Below are positions 30,741 to 41,534 of a stretch of DNA of 52,095 nt, piece after piece. The stretch's first letter is position 1, and every line of letters starts with the position of its first letter. This DNA comes from Acidimicrobiaceae bacterium. GTDB lineage: Bacteria > Actinomycetota > Acidimicrobiia > Acidimicrobiales > Bog-793. A program made the position numbers and the translations under genes. The notes beneath the pieces are model-generated. The model saw nothing but the letters and a program-made list of their open reading frames with translations. It had not been told where the DNA came from and made no database searches. The stretch covers positions 6,573 to 58,667 of the forward strand of contig PLIM01000087.1 in assembly GCA_003139355.1 (NCBI GenBank), given 5' to 3'.

Positions 30741-31621
30741 GGCGGCAGCCCGTAGTGGGCGGGGCGACGTGGCGCCAGCTGTGGCGTGAGACCTCCGAGA
30801 CGATCGACGACCCGGTTCAGACGCGGTGGCTGCTCGAAGAGGCCAGTGGCCTCGACGGCGCGGCGTTGCTGCGCGATCTCGATCACGAAGCGTCCGCGGA
30901 GGCCGCGGCCCGGCTCGAGTCGCTCGTGAAGCGCCGTGTTGCCGGTGAGCCGGTCCAGCACGTGCTCGGCCACTGGGGCTTTCGCACCCTTGATGTCGCT
31001 GTTGACTCGCGGGTGCTGGTCCCACGTCCCGAGACCGAGCTCGTCGTCGAGGTCGCCCTGTCCGAGCTCGATCGCCTCTGCGCCTTGCGGCCCTCCGCGG
31101 AGGTGCTCGCCGTGGATCTCGGCACCGGCTCGGGGGTGATCGCCCTCTCGCTCGTTGTCGAGCGGGCCGCGGTGCGCGTCATCGCGACCGACTGCGACCC
31201 AGCCGGCCTCGAGGTCGCCTCCGTCAACTTGTCGCGGATCCCGGCCGAGGCAGCGGCGCGAGTTCAGCTCCGCCGGGGCGACTGGTATCAGGCCTTGCCC
31301 CTCGATGTCACCGGTCGGATCGACTTGGTTGTCTCCAATCCGCCGTATCTCGCCGAGCACGAGTGGTCCGGCCTCGACCCGGCCGTAAGTGACTTTGACC
31401 CGCTCGGGGCTTTGGTGGCGGGACCGAGCGGACTCGAGGCCATCGAGACGGTCGTGTCAGGTGCACCGCACTGGCTTGGCCGGCGCGGCGCCCTCGTGGT
31501 CGAGATCGCGCCCGATCAAGCGGGATCGGTGGTCGATCTGGCGCGGGAGGCCGGCTTTCGCACTGCAGCCGTCGCAGACGACCTGGCGGGCCGCCCGCGC
31601 GTCCTCGTGGCCCGGCGGTGA
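30737..31621 (+). CDS. prmC: release factor glutamine methyltransferase
   Basis: [21 protein letters not shown]; follows prfA. Confidence 0.95.
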   Translation: MRRQPVVGGATWRQLWRETSETIDDPVQTRWLLEEASGLDGAALLRDLDHEASAEAAARLESLVKRRVAGEPVQHVLGHWGFRTLDVAVDSRVLVPRPETELVVEVALSELDRLCALRPSAEVLAVDLGTGSGVIALSLVVERAAVRVIATDCDPAGLEVASVNLSRIPAEAAARVQLRRGDWYQALPLDVTGRIDLVVSNPPYLAEHEWSGLDPAVSDFDPLGALVAGPSGLEAIETVVSGAPHWLGRRGALVVEIAPDQAGSVVDLAREAGFRTAAVADDLAGRPRVLVARR

Positions 31622-32214
31622 ACCCGTCGAAGCTCGACGAGGTTGAGGAGGCGCTACTGGATGGGGAGGTCGTGGCCGTCCCGACCGACACGGTCTACGG
31701 GCTTGCCGTCGACCCCCGCTTGCCGGGCGCGGTCGACAGGCTGTTCGCGCTCAAACAACGACCCGGGCAACTCCCCCTGCCGATCCTGATCGCAGATCCG
31801 GCCGGGCTCGCGGACCTGGCGGAGACGACCTCAGCCGCCGGTCGGCTCGCTTCGCGCTACTGGCCTGGACCGCTCACCCTTGTGCTGCTCCGGCGCCCGG
31901 GCGTCATCTTCGACCTAGGTGGCGATCCTGCGACGATCGGGCTTCGCTGCCCGGCGAATTCGCTCCTGAGAGGCCTCCTGCGCAGGATCGGACCACTGGC
32001 CGTCACGAGCGCGAACCGCCACGGAGAACCCCCACTGCACACCGCGGACGAGGTCCGCGAGCACTTCGGAGCCAACGTCACCGCCGTGTTCGACGGCGGT
32101 CGATGCGACGGCCAACCCTCGACGGTGATCTCGCTCACTGGCGCCGGGGTCACTTGCCTGCGGGAAGGGGCGCTCTCGCTTACCGAGATCGCCACGATCG
32201 CTGCGGGCCGGTGA
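31618..32214 (+). CDS. tsaC: L-threonylcarbamoyladenylate synthase (YrdC/Sua5)
   Basis: PTDTVYGL, KQRP, WPGPLT, TSANRHG. Confidence 0.93.
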   Translation: MNPSKLDEVEEALLDGEVVAVPTDTVYGLAVDPRLPGAVDRLFALKQRPGQLPLPILIADPAGLADLAETTSAAGRLASRYWPGPLTLVLLRRPGVIFDLGGDPATIGLRCPANSLLRGLLRRIGPLAVTSANRHGEPPLHTADEVREHFGANVTAVFDGGRCDGQPSTVISLTGAGVTCLREGALSLTEIATIAAGR

Positions 32215-32231
32215 GGGACCACACACGCCTC

Positions 32232-32260
32232 TCGCATCCGCAGTGCCTTCGCATCCGCAG
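32232..32260. repeat. 12-bp direct repeat at the left edge of the islet
   Basis: TCGCATCCGCAG at 32232-32243 and 32249-32260. Confidence 0.5.
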
Positions 32261-32276
32261 CTGCAGCCTGTCGCGC

Positions 32277-33041
32277 CTAGGACCGGCGTCGTGGCAACCA
32301 GCTGAAGCGCCTGATCGCGAACACGAGCGCGACCACGCACCAAATCGCGAGGTTCTCGAGCCGCGCCGCGCGGATCGAGTCGCTGTGGACCAGAGGGTTC
32401 ATCGCGTTGTAGCTGGCGAGGACGAACGGCCGTATCGGGAAGTAAGAGGCGATCTTCGCCAGCACCGAGCTCGACGAGAGCGGGAAGAAGGTGCCGGAGA
32501 TGAACATGAGAGGGAGGTAGACGCCGTTCACGATGGCCGGCGCAGCATTCGGGTTCGGGATGATCACGGTGATCGCGACCCCGAGCGCGCAGAACGTTGC
32601 CGCGCCGAGCACGACGACGACCACGACGGCACCGTAGGAGTGCGCCGGGACGCTGAGGCCGTAGAACGCCACGCCGACTCCGAGGGTGAGGGCCACGAGC
32701 ACCAGCGTGCGGATCACGCAGCTCGCCACGGTTGCCACCATGTAGGCCCACGGGGCAAGCGGCGTGCCGCGGAACCGCTTCAAGATGCCCTGCTTCCGCT
32801 GATTGGTGAGGGTCATCGAGAGATTGGTGTAACAAGCGGAGATCACCCCGAAAGTCATGATCCCCGGGATGAAATACTGGTCGAGATTGAGCCCGTCATA
32901 GTGGGCACCTCTGTAGAGCGAGGCGAAGATGACGAGGAACATCACCGGCATGAAGAAGGTGAAGAAGGCGCCCATCGGGTTGCGCCAGTAGGCGAGCTGC
33001 TGGTACCAGAGCTCGCTCGCGACGATCCGAAGGGATTTCAC
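32277..33041 (-). CDS. ABC-2 type exporter permease
   Basis: WRNP..FFTFFMP, RKQGILKRFRGTPL, FISGTFFP; about 6 TM segments. Confidence 0.88.
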   Translation of the reverse strand: MKSLRIVASELWYQQLAYWRNPMGAFFTFFMPVMFLVIFASLYRGAHYDGLNLDQYFIPGIMTFGVISACYTNLSMTLTNQRKQGILKRFRGTPLAPWAYMVATVASCVIRTLVLVALTLGVGVAFYGLSVPAHSYGAVVVVVVLGAATFCALGVAITVIIPNPNAAPAIVNGVYLPLMFISGTFFPLSSSSVLAKIASYFPIRPFVLASYNAMNPLVHSDSIRAARLENLAIWCVVALVFAIRRFSWLPRRRS

Positions 33042-33957
33042 GCCTTGTCCTCAGCGGTGAGCGACAGGTACACGTCCTCCAGGCTCGGCCGGGCGACTTC
33101 GAGCCCCTCCAGCTCGATCCCGCGCGCGACCGCCCGCGACATGAGCCGGTGCAATAGCGGCGTCGGCGATTCGGTGTCGACTTCGACCATGCGACGGCCG
33201 TCCACGGTGCTGACGGTGAGGTCCGATTCGGTGAGTCCGAGCTCGGCGACGCCGGCGGTCTGCTCGGGAAGCACGAAACGGATCTTCGCGGTCCCGTGTC
33301 CCGTCCCCCGATCGAGTCGGGTGTCCCGGTGGCGACGATGACCCCGTTTGCGATCACCGCGACGCGGTCCGCGGGCACCTGTGCCTCGTCCATGTAGTGC
33401 GTCGTGAGGAGCACGGTTCGGCCTTCGCCGGTGAGGCTGCGGACGATTTCCCACGCTTCCCGGCGCGTTCGGGTCGAAGCCGGTCGTCGGCTCGTCCAGG
33501 AACAGGAGCTCCGGGTCTCCGATGAGCGCCAGGCCGGGGTCCAAGCGGCGCTGCAGGCCGCCCGACAAGGTCCGGACCCGGGCGCCCGACTTCTCGCCGA
33601 TCCCGATGAGATCGATCACCGCGTCCGGATCGCGCGGATGCGGGTAGTACGACGCTTGCCGCCTCAGCACCTCGCGGACGGTCAGGAACTGCTCCACGGC
33701 CGTCTCCTGCAGGACGATCCCGACGCGCTCGAGCATGCGCCGGCGGTCGTGCCGGGGTCGAGCCCGAGCACGGCGACCTTGCCGGCGCCCGCGGTCTGGT
33801 AGCCCTCCAGGATCTCGACGATCGTGGTTTTGCCTGCGCCGTTCGGCCCGAGCAGAGCGAGGACCTCGCCACTTTGAACCTCGAGGTCCACGCCTCTGAC
33901 GGCCTTGACGGTTCCGAAGTCCTTGAGGAGCCCGCTCACTGAAACGGCCAGCTCCAT
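33038..33957 (-). pseudogene. ABC exporter ATP-binding protein, frameshifted
   Basis: Walker A (GPNGAGKT), signature/Walker B (LSGG..LFLDEPT) and H-loop (LTTHYMDEA) are in three different frames; shifts near 33750, 33463 and 33300. Confidence 0.85.
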
Positions 33958-34252
33958 TTCGCACAAGGTAGAAGGCTGCCTGGGAATTCTCCAGTCGTTG
34001 CTCACGATTTGGGCACTGATCGTTGAGGCCGCGGCACCCGCGCGTGCCGGCTGGGCCCTGTGCGAACCGCCCCGGCCAGGCCTTGTGGGAACTGCCCCGG
34101 CACGGGACATCGGGTCACGTTCTACAAGTCGGTCGGCTTCGCGCGCTCAGGGGAGGATGATGCTTGGCATTGGCGTGAAACTGAGAGGTCGTCAATACTG
34201 GAGCCTCTAGCCGGCCGCCGCGTGCCGGGTCCGGGTTCGCAGAGGAGACACT

Positions 34253-36718
34253 GTGCTGTACGGACATTTCGACGACGATCGGCGAGAGTACGTAATCACA
34301 CGGCCAGATACACCGCTTCCCTGGATGAACTATCTCGGGACCGAGGAGCACTTCGGCATGATCTCCAACACTGCCGGCGGCTGCTCGTTCTATCGCGATG
34401 CGCGCCTGCGCCGACTGACCCGTTACCGGCACAACAACACGCCCCTCGACCTCGGTGGCCGTTACCTGTACCTGCGCGACGATCTGGACGGCGACTACTG
34501 GTCACCGTCGTGGCAACCGACCCGGAGTCCGCTGAGTGACTACGAGTGTCGGCACGGACTGTCCTATACGTCCATTTCCTCGGAACGAAACGGCGTCCGC
34601 GCCGAGATGCTCTACTTCGTCCCTCTCGGCGAGACACTCGAAGTCTGGCGGCTTCGTGTGCGCAACGATCGCGACAAGAGGGCTGACCTCTCGGTGTTCT
34701 CCTCGGTGGAGTTCTGTCTCTGGGACGCCGAGGACGACGCGACGAACTTCCAGCGAAATTTCTCGGTGGGCGAGGTCGAAGTGGTCGACGGCGTCATTTA
34801 CCACAAGAGCGAGTACCGGGAGAGGCGGGATCACTTCGCCTACTTCGCGTGTTCCGAGCCGCTCGCTGGTTTCGACACCCAGCGCGATGTCTTCCTCGGT
34901 ACCTGCCGGGGATGGGACTCACCGCTGGCGGTCGAGCGGGGCCGTTCCTTCGACTCGGTGGCGCACGGGTGGGCACCGATCGGGTCCCACCACATCCGGT
35001 TCTCGCTGGCGCCGTCGGAGACGCGCGACGTCGTTTTCGTCCTCGGCTACTCGGAGAACCCCACCGATGCGAAGTTTGACCCGCCCGGGACCCAGACCAT
35101 CAACAAGGCCCGAGTCCGACCCGTGATCGAGCGGTGGTTGGAAACAGGGGAGGTCGAGCGCGCCTTCGGTGCGCTGCGTGACTCTTGGGGGGACCTCCTG
35201 TCCGTTCTCCAAGTCGAGACACCCGATCCTGACACCGATCGGATGGTGAACATCTGGAACCCCTACCAGTGCATGGCAACGTTCAACCTGAGTCGGTCGA
35301 TGTCCTTCTACGAATCGGGCATCGGCAGGGGTATGGGCTTCCGCGATTCGAGCCAGGACCTGTTCGGCTGTGTTGGCATGGTTCCCGCAAGGGCGCGCGA
35401 GCGGATCCTCGACCTCGCGGCGACCCAGCTTCCCTCCGGCGGCGCGTACCACCAGTACCAGCCGCTCACCAAGCGCGGCAACAACGAGATCGGATCTGGG
35501 TTCAACGACGATCCCCTCTGGCTCGTCCTCGCGGTCAGCGCTTACTTGAAGGAGACAGGGGATACCGCAGTGCTCGACGAGCTCGTCCCCTACGACAACT
35601 TGGTGGGAAGCGAGGCCCCGCTCTCCGAGCACCTTCACCGCTGTATCCGTTACACGCTCGACCGGTTGGGACCACACGGGCTACCGCTGATCGGTCATGC
35701 CGACTGGAACGACTGTCTCAACCTGAACTGCTTCTCGGACAGCCCCGGTGAGTCCTTCCAGACCACCGAGAACCGGGAGGGAGGCGTCGCGGAGTCGCTC
35801 TTCATCGCTGCACAGTTCGTGCTTGCGGCCAACGAGCTCGCCGGGGTCGCCCGGCTGCGGGGAGATGCCGACGAGGCAGCATCCCTCGAGGCCGAAGCCC
35901 GTCGGATGGTTGCGGCGGTCGAAGACCACGGGTGGGACGGCGAGTGGTTCCTCCGGGCCTTCGACGCCCTCGGCGGGACCGTGGGCTCACACTCGAACGC
36001 CGAGGGAAAGATCTTCGCCGAGCCGCAGGGCATGTGCGTCATGGCAGGGATCGGCGTCTCCGACCGGAAGGCTGCGGCCGCCCTGGCCAGTGTGAAGGAG
36101 TGGCTTGCCACCGAGCACGGGATCATGCTCGTGCAGCCTGCGTATACCCGGTACCACCTCGAGCTCGGAGAGATCACGACTTATCCGCCCGGTTACAAGG
36201 AGAACGGCAGCATCTTCTGTCACGTCAATCCTTGGATCATGATCGCCGAGACGATCCTCGGGGACGGTGAAGCCGCGTTCGACTACTACAAGCGGACCAA
36301 TCCTTCGGCGCGCGCCACGATCAGTGACGTGCACAGATGTGAGCCCTACGTCTATGCACAGACGATCGCCGGCCGTGATGCCGCGAGCTTCGGTGAGGCG
36401 AAGAACTCCTGGCTGACGGGGTCTGCATCGTTGCACCTCACGGCGATCTCCCAGTGGATCCTCGGTGTGCGGCCAGAGCTCGAGGGTCTCCGCATCGACC
36501 CGGTGCTGCCGCCGTCCTGGCGAGGGTTCACTGCCCGTAGGCGATGGCGGGGGGCAACCTACGAGATCGTCGTTCACCAAGAACAGGGCACGAAAGGCCG
36601 CGTCCGGCGGCTCATGGTCGACGGGACAAGCGTCGAGGGCAACCTCGTCCGCCCGGCGCCGGCGGGGTCCACCGTCAGGGTCGAGGCGACCCTCGAGCCC
36701 GCACCGCCGTCCAGCTGA
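34253..36718 (+). CDS. GH94 glycoside phosphorylase, cellobiose phosphorylase type
   Basis: YGHFDD..REYVIT, RGMGFRDS, catalytic DWNDCLNLNCFS..GESFQTT, YPPGYKEN..FCH, KNSWLTG; AGGAG RBS. Confidence 0.9.
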   Translation: MLYGHFDDDRREYVITRPDTPLPWMNYLGTEEHFGMISNTAGGCSFYRDARLRRLTRYRHNNTPLDLGGRYLYLRDDLDGDYWSPSWQPTRSPLSDYECRHGLSYTSISSERNGVRAEMLYFVPLGETLEVWRLRVRNDRDKRADLSVFSSVEFCLWDAEDDATNFQRNFSVGEVEVVDGVIYHKSEYRERRDHFAYFACSEPLAGFDTQRDVFLGTCRGWDSPLAVERGRSFDSVAHGWAPIGSHHIRFSLAPSETRDVVFVLGYSENPTDAKFDPPGTQTINKARVRPVIERWLETGEVERAFGALRDSWGDLLSVLQVETPDPDTDRMVNIWNPYQCMATFNLSRSMSFYESGIGRGMGFRDSSQDLFGCVGMVPARARERILDLAATQLPSGGAYHQYQPLTKRGNNEIGSGFNDDPLWLVLAVSAYLKETGDTAVLDELVPYDNLVGSEAPLSEHLHRCIRYTLDRLGPHGLPLIGHADWNDCLNLNCFSDSPGESFQTTENREGGVAESLFIAAQFVLAANELAGVARLRGDADEAASLEAEARRMVAAVEDHGWDGEWFLRAFDALGGTVGSHSNAEGKIFAEPQGMCVMAGIGVSDRKAAAALASVKEWLATEHGIMLVQPAYTRYHLELGEITTYPPGYKENGSIFCHVNPWIMIAETILGDGEAAFDYYKRTNPSARATISDVHRCEPYVYAQTIAGRDAASFGEAKNSWLTGSASLHLTAISQWILGVRPELEGLRIDPVLPPSWRGFTARRRWRGATYEIVVHQEQGTKGRVRRLMVDGTSVEGNLVRPAPAGSTVRVEATLEPAPPSS

Positions 36719-36847
36719 ACGCTCAGAAGGCGGATCTCGCGCCGATCGAGATTGGAGTCGTCGTTCTTCAGCCAAGCCAGTCAGCCGACCGACTGGCACA
36801 CCGCAATCTGCCGCCACGCGACAGTGCCGGCCTCGGCCATCTCCTCT

Positions 36848-38293
36848 TCAGTCAGGCTGATGGGCCGACTGGCCGGTCGCGCTGGCCCCGGCGGCGCTCT
36901 GCGGGCCGTCGACGGCGTTCGCGGCGATCACCCCCCGATACCAGAACGCGCTGGCCTTCGGGATGCGCTGCTGAGTCCGGTAGTCGACGAACACGATGCC
37001 GAAGCGCTGCGAGTAACCGTCGGCCCATTCGAAGTTGTCCAACAGCGACCAGAGGAAGTAGCCGCGCAAGTCGACGCCCTTCGAGATCGCTGCATGTGCC
37101 GCGACGAGATGGCTGCTCAGGTACTCGATGCGTTCGGGGTCCCGCACGGCACCGGTTGGGTCGGCGTAGTCGAAGAAAGCAGCCCCGTTCTCGGTGATGT
37201 ACAAGGGGATGTCGCCGTAGTCCTCTCGTACGCGCAGCAGGATCTCGGTGAGCCCGTCGGGCTCGATCGCCCACCCCGTCGAGGTGCGTGGCACGTCATC
37301 TCGCGGCCGCTCGTCGACTCCGAGCCAGCTGCTGTAGGAGGAACGGCGCGTGGGTGGCGCGACCTTGGAATCGGCAGACACGGCCACTGTGCGTCGCGTG
37401 TAGTAGTTGACGCCGAGGAAGTCGAGATCTGCGCGGATGATCTCCAGGTCACCGGCTCGCAGGAAGTCGTCCCCAACGAGGTGCACGTACTCGCCGAGGA
37501 GCATCTCGGGGTAGCGGCCCAGTAGGACCGAGTCGAGGAACCAGCGATTCAGGTGCACGTCGAGCCGCCGCGCGGCGGCAGCGTCCTCGTCGCTCTTCGA
37601 CGCCGGCGTCACCGGGACCAGGTTGAGCGCGATCCCTATCTGCGCGGAGCTGCCCGCCGTCTCGGCGATGGCTCGCGCCGCCATGCCGTGGCCGAGCAGC
37701 AGGTGGTGCGCAGCTGTCACAGCCGCGCCGAGGTCCCGGAGACCGGGCGCGTGCTGTCCGCTGGCATAGCCCACGAAGGCTGCCACGTATGGTTCGTTCA
37801 CGGTGACCCAGCGCTCCACCCGGTCGCCGAGCGCGTCGGCGACGATGCGCGCGTAGTCCTCGAATCGCTTCGCCGTGTCCCTGTTCGTCCAGCCACCGAC
37901 GTCTTGAAGCCCTTGGGGCAGGTCCCAGTGGTAGAGCGTGACGACCGGCTCGATGCCGCGGGCGCGTAGTGCATCCACGAGCCGCCGGTAGTGGTCCAAG
38001 CCGGCTTGGTTCACGGCGCTGCTGCCGTCGGGCTGCACTCGCGGCCAGGCGATCGAGAAGCGGCAAGCACCGATCCCGAGCTCTGCCATGAGCTCGACGT
38101 CTGAGTCAAGGCGGTGGTAGTGGTCGCACGCGATGTCACCGTTGTCGCCGTGGTGCACGGTGCCCGGAAGGTGGGTGAAGGTGTCCCAGATCGAGGGGCC
38201 CTTCCCATCCTCGTCGGCGGCTCCCTCGTACTGGTACGCGGCGGTCGTGACGCCCCAGAGAAAGTCCTTGGGGAACACGAGCTGATCGCTCAT
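36848..38293 (-). CDS. GH1 beta-glucosidase
   Basis: FLWG..AAYQYEG, TLYHWDLP, TVNEP (acid/base), ITENG (nucleophile), WSLLDNFEW. Confidence 0.93.
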   Translation of the reverse strand: MSDQLVFPKDFLWGVTTAAYQYEGAADEDGKGPSIWDTFTHLPGTVHHGDNGDIACDHYHRLDSDVELMAELGIGACRFSIAWPRVQPDGSSAVNQAGLDHYRRLVDALRARGIEPVVTLYHWDLPQGLQDVGGWTNRDTAKRFEDYARIVADALGDRVERWVTVNEPYVAAFVGYASGQHAPGLRDLGAAVTAAHHLLLGHGMAARAIAETAGSSAQIGIALNLVPVTPASKSDEDAAAARRLDVHLNRWFLDSVLLGRYPEMLLGEYVHLVGDDFLRAGDLEIIRADLDFLGVNYYTRRTVAVSADSKVAPPTRRSSYSSWLGVDERPRDDVPRTSTGWAIEPDGLTEILLRVREDYGDIPLYITENGAAFFDYADPTGAVRDPERIEYLSSHLVAAHAAISKGVDLRGYFLWSLLDNFEWADGYSQRFGIVFVDYRTQQRIPKASAFWYRGVIAANAVDGPQSAAGASATGQSAHQPD

Positions 38294-38425
38294 CAGAGCG
38301 TCTTACCGAGGACGCACGGGCACAGGATGTCAGGCGGCGTGAAGCGGCTCCCCTTCGTGCTGCGGTGACCGACCACGTCGAGGCCTCTGAAGGCCATTCG
38401 GAGACAGGTGTGCATGAACTAGAAC

Positions 38426-38562
38426 CTAGTGCCGTCACCGGCAACGTTTGCCTTGTTTCGGACGGCGGAGGTCGCACGCTGACCTCGCTAGGCGATCCTG
38501 AGGACTGTTCTTCGTCGGAGCGACATGCCCGGACATCGGGAAACCGGGCGTGGTGGCACCAG
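38426..38562. repeat. MITE-like palindromic element
   Basis: Ends CTAGTGCCGTCAC / GTGGTGGCACCAG (10 of 13 inverted match) with internal hairpins. Confidence 0.45.
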
Positions 38563-38703
38563 CCCAGCGACAGCGGCAGCCACAGAGAAGGGGACCTTGG
38601 GCGAAGGCTCAGCTCGGACGTCTCGCCGTACACTTTTCCACGCGTGGAACGGTTCAGAGCCTGGTTCCTGAGACCCACGACGGCCGCCTGTGCTTTTGCT
38701 GGT

Positions 38704-39381
38704 ATGCCCGAACACGGACAGGTGAGGCAGACAGCATGGGCGGCCGCCGTGCTGGTTTGGCTGGGCGCGCTGAGCCGGAGCGTGTACGAGGTCATCCTGA
38801 CGCGCTCGTTGCGGGCCGACAATGCATGGGCGCTACGAGATGGCGCGGTCGTGGTGCTGGCGACCCTTCTGGTTGCGGTCTTGACACTTGGAGGACGGCG
38901 CAAGCTGAAGTCCCGCGCGCGGCTCCGCGCGGGTGTCGCCATGCTCATCTTGGGTGCGATGACCGTCGGCCTGGTGATCTGGGTCGTGTATGCCCCCCTG
39001 CCAGAGCAGCGAGCTGTCTCCGTCCCGCCCGTGAATGCCAGTCCGCAGGCCGTGGTGAGAGCCTATGTGGTCGCGTTGGACGAGCACGACGCAGCCGTTG
39101 CCGACACACTCTGGTCGCCGTTGGGGTTCTTTCGCGGCCAGCAGCCTTGGGAAGTCAGCTACTACATCCGCGTCCGGATCACGTGGATGGCAAAGTCGTC
39201 GTACCCAGACGCAAATGACCTGAACTTGCCACGAGGTGTCACAGGAGCAGATGTGTCCGTCGGCCTGGCCGGATGGACGCGGAACGGTGGGCCGGTCGGC
39301 GAGGGCGGTGACTGGGATTACACGCTCGCGCCCATCGGTCCCCATCACGCCTGGCGGATCATCGATGAAGGTATGCCTTGA
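38704..39381 (+). CDS. hypothetical membrane protein with C-terminal extracytoplasmic domain
   Basis: Three TM segments, then SPQAVVRAYVVALD..WRIIDEG; start set at ATG 38704 because the longer ORF runs through the repeat element. Confidence 0.55.
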   Translation: MPEHGQVRQTAWAAAVLVWLGALSRSVYEVILTRSLRADNAWALRDGAVVVLATLLVAVLTLGGRRKLKSRARLRAGVAMLILGAMTVGLVIWVVYAPLPEQRAVSVPPVNASPQAVVRAYVVALDEHDAAVADTLWSPLGFFRGQQPWEVSYYIRVRITWMAKSSYPDANDLNLPRGVTGADVSVGLAGWTRNGGPVGEGGDWDYTLAPIGPHHAWRIIDEGMP

Positions 39382-39634
39382 GGCACGAGTCGCTCAGAGA
39401 CGCGCTCGCCGAGTGACCGGGCACTTCCCAGCGGTACGAGGGAACGCGGTCCGACCTGGGTTGCGGAGATCAAACAGCGCAAACGCTGTCGGTCGCGGCC
39501 CTAGACGTCAGGCCGCCTCGTGTGCACCGAGCAGGTCGACAGGCCAGACGTTCCCGGTCCCGGCACTCCTCAACCCTCAACACGGCCCAGCCAGGTCTTC
39601 GAGGCGTGCCGGGGACGACCGGTAGACTTGGCCA

Positions 39635-40081
39635 ATGCGTATCTCGGTCGGATCGGATCATGCCGGTCTCGAGTTGAAGCGGCTCTTGGTCGAGCATCTC
39701 GCTTTCTTGGGGCACGAGGTGGTGGATCTCGGCACGAACTCGCCCGATGAAGTGGACTACCCGGACTTCGGCGCCGCGGTCGGCCGCAGTGTCGCATCGG
39801 GCGGCACCGATTTTGGGGTCTGTGTGTGCGGCACCGGGATCGGCATGGCTATCGCGGCGAACAAGGTCCATGGTGTGCGTGCCGCTGTGGTGCACGACGT
39901 GAGCTCAGCGCGACTGGCCCGCGAGCACAACAAGGCGAACGTGATCTGCTTCGGAGCGCGCCTTGTCGGCACAGTGGTAGCTACCGACTCGCTGGAGATG
40001 TTTCTGCGCAGCGAGTTCGGGGGAGGCCGACACCTCCGGAGAATCGAGAAGATCGCCGCTCTCGACGAGTGCCAACCATGA
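39635..40081 (+). CDS. rpiB: ribose 5-phosphate isomerase B
   Basis: GSDHAG, DYPD, CGTGIG..ANK, AREHNKAN, GGRH. Confidence 0.95.
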   Translation: MRISVGSDHAGLELKRLLVEHLAFLGHEVVDLGTNSPDEVDYPDFGAAVGRSVASGGTDFGVCVCGTGIGMAIAANKVHGVRAAVVHDVSSARLAREHNKANVICFGARLVGTVVATDSLEMFLRSEFGGGRHLRRIEKIAALDECQP

Positions 40082-40123
40082 CGCCAGGAGCCTGGCCATG
40101 ACATCTTTCGAAGGAGCCAGCGA

Positions 40124-41443
40124 GTGACAATGCCGATCGCCGGACCACCGAGTCCGAGCGCCTTCCTGCCGGGCGCGCTCGCTGGGGACCCGGAACTGCA
40201 CGCCCTGCTCGAGCGTGAGCTCGAGCGACAGCGAACGAGCCTTCAGCTGATCGCATCGGAGAACTTCACCTCTCCGGCAGTGCTCGCCGCCTCAGCCTCA
40301 GTGCTGACGAACAAGTACTCCGAGGGTTATCCCGGACGACGCTATTACGGTGGGAACGTCGTCGCGGATCAGGTGGAGGACCTCGCGCGATCGAGGGCGA
40401 TGGAGCTCTTCGGCGCGGAGCATGCCAACGTTCAGCCGCACGCAGGCGCGAACGCGAACCTGGCGGCGTATCTCGCACTTGTCGAGCCGGGCGACACCAT
40501 AATGGCGATGCGTCTCGATCAGGGTGGGCACCTCACCCACGGTTCTCCTGTCAGCATCACGGGCAAGCTGTACCGGTTCGTCGCCTACGGGGTCACACCT
40601 GCGGCCCCCGACGGTTCGGGCGAGCGGATCGACCTGGACATGGTCCGCGACCTCGCCATCCGCGAACGGCCGCGCCTGATCGTGGCAGGGGCGACGGCCT
40701 ACTCCCGTGTGATCGACCCGCAGCCGTTCCGGGAGATCGCCGACGAGGTCGGTGCTCGCTTCATGTTCGACGCGGCACACCCGGCCGGGCTCATAGCCGG
40801 CAAGGTCCACCCGAGCCCGGTGGGCGTCGCGGATGTCGTCACCCTCACCACCCACAAGACCCTGCGCGGTCCGCGGGGCGGTGCCATCCTGTGCGGCGCC
40901 GACCTGGCGAAGTCGGTCGACTCCGCCGTCTTCCCGGGCCTGCAGGGCGGACCGCTCGAGCACGTGATCGCCGCCAAGGCGGTGGCGTTCGCGGAGGCGC
41001 TCAAGCCCGAGTTCCGCGACTACGCATCCAAGGTGGTGCACAACGCGGCCGCACTCGCGCAGGCACTCACCGTTCAAGGGTTCCGGCTCGTTGCCGGGGG
41101 AACGGACAATCACCTCGTGCTCATCGACCTGCGGAGCTTCGAGTCCGAGCTGACTGGCAAGGTCGCCCAGGAGGTCCTGGACAGGACTGGGATCACTTGC
41201 AATCGCAACGCGATCCCGAACGATCCCAGGCCTCCCTTCGTGGCGAGTGGGCTGCGTCTTGGGGTGTCCGCAGAGACGACCGCCGGGCTCGGTGAGGCAG
41301 AGATGGTCGAGGTCGCCTCGCTCATTGCCCGGGCTCTGCGCGGGCGCGAGGACCAAGACGAACTGGCGTCCGTTCGCGGTGCCGTCAGGGAGCTGTGCCG
41401 CCGGTTCGATCCTTACCCGGGCGGTGTCGCGTCGGCCGGGTGA
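40124..41443 (+). CDS. glyA: serine hydroxymethyltransferase
   Basis: [40 protein letters not shown]. Confidence 0.97.
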   Translation: MTMPIAGPPSPSAFLPGALAGDPELHALLERELERQRTSLQLIASENFTSPAVLAASASVLTNKYSEGYPGRRYYGGNVVADQVEDLARSRAMELFGAEHANVQPHAGANANLAAYLALVEPGDTIMAMRLDQGGHLTHGSPVSITGKLYRFVAYGVTPAAPDGSGERIDLDMVRDLAIRERPRLIVAGATAYSRVIDPQPFREIADEVGARFMFDAAHPAGLIAGKVHPSPVGVADVVTLTTHKTLRGPRGGAILCGADLAKSVDSAVFPGLQGGPLEHVIAAKAVAFAEALKPEFRDYASKVVHNAAALAQALTVQGFRLVAGGTDNHLVLIDLRSFESELTGKVAQEVLDRTGITCNRNAIPNDPRPPFVASGLRLGVSAETTAGLGEAEMVEVASLIARALRGREDQDELASVRGAVRELCRRFDPYPGGVASAG

Positions 41444-41534
41444 GGGGCGCCTGCCTTGTTTCCGGTCACGGGAATGGCAGGGGGACCTAGATGGTGGCGG
41501 ACCAGGGTATTGTCTTGCCGGATCGGTGGTGGCG

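Noticed and set aside
39510-39570. LVCT..PDVPGP peptide resembling a low-molecular-weight phosphatase remnant before rpiB
   Set aside because: Too short, lacks the CxxNxxRS motif, and is compatible with chance.
41444-41534. No wecA/rfe gene between glyA and the atp operon
   Set aside because: Gene order here varies among Actinobacteria; absence from this window says little.
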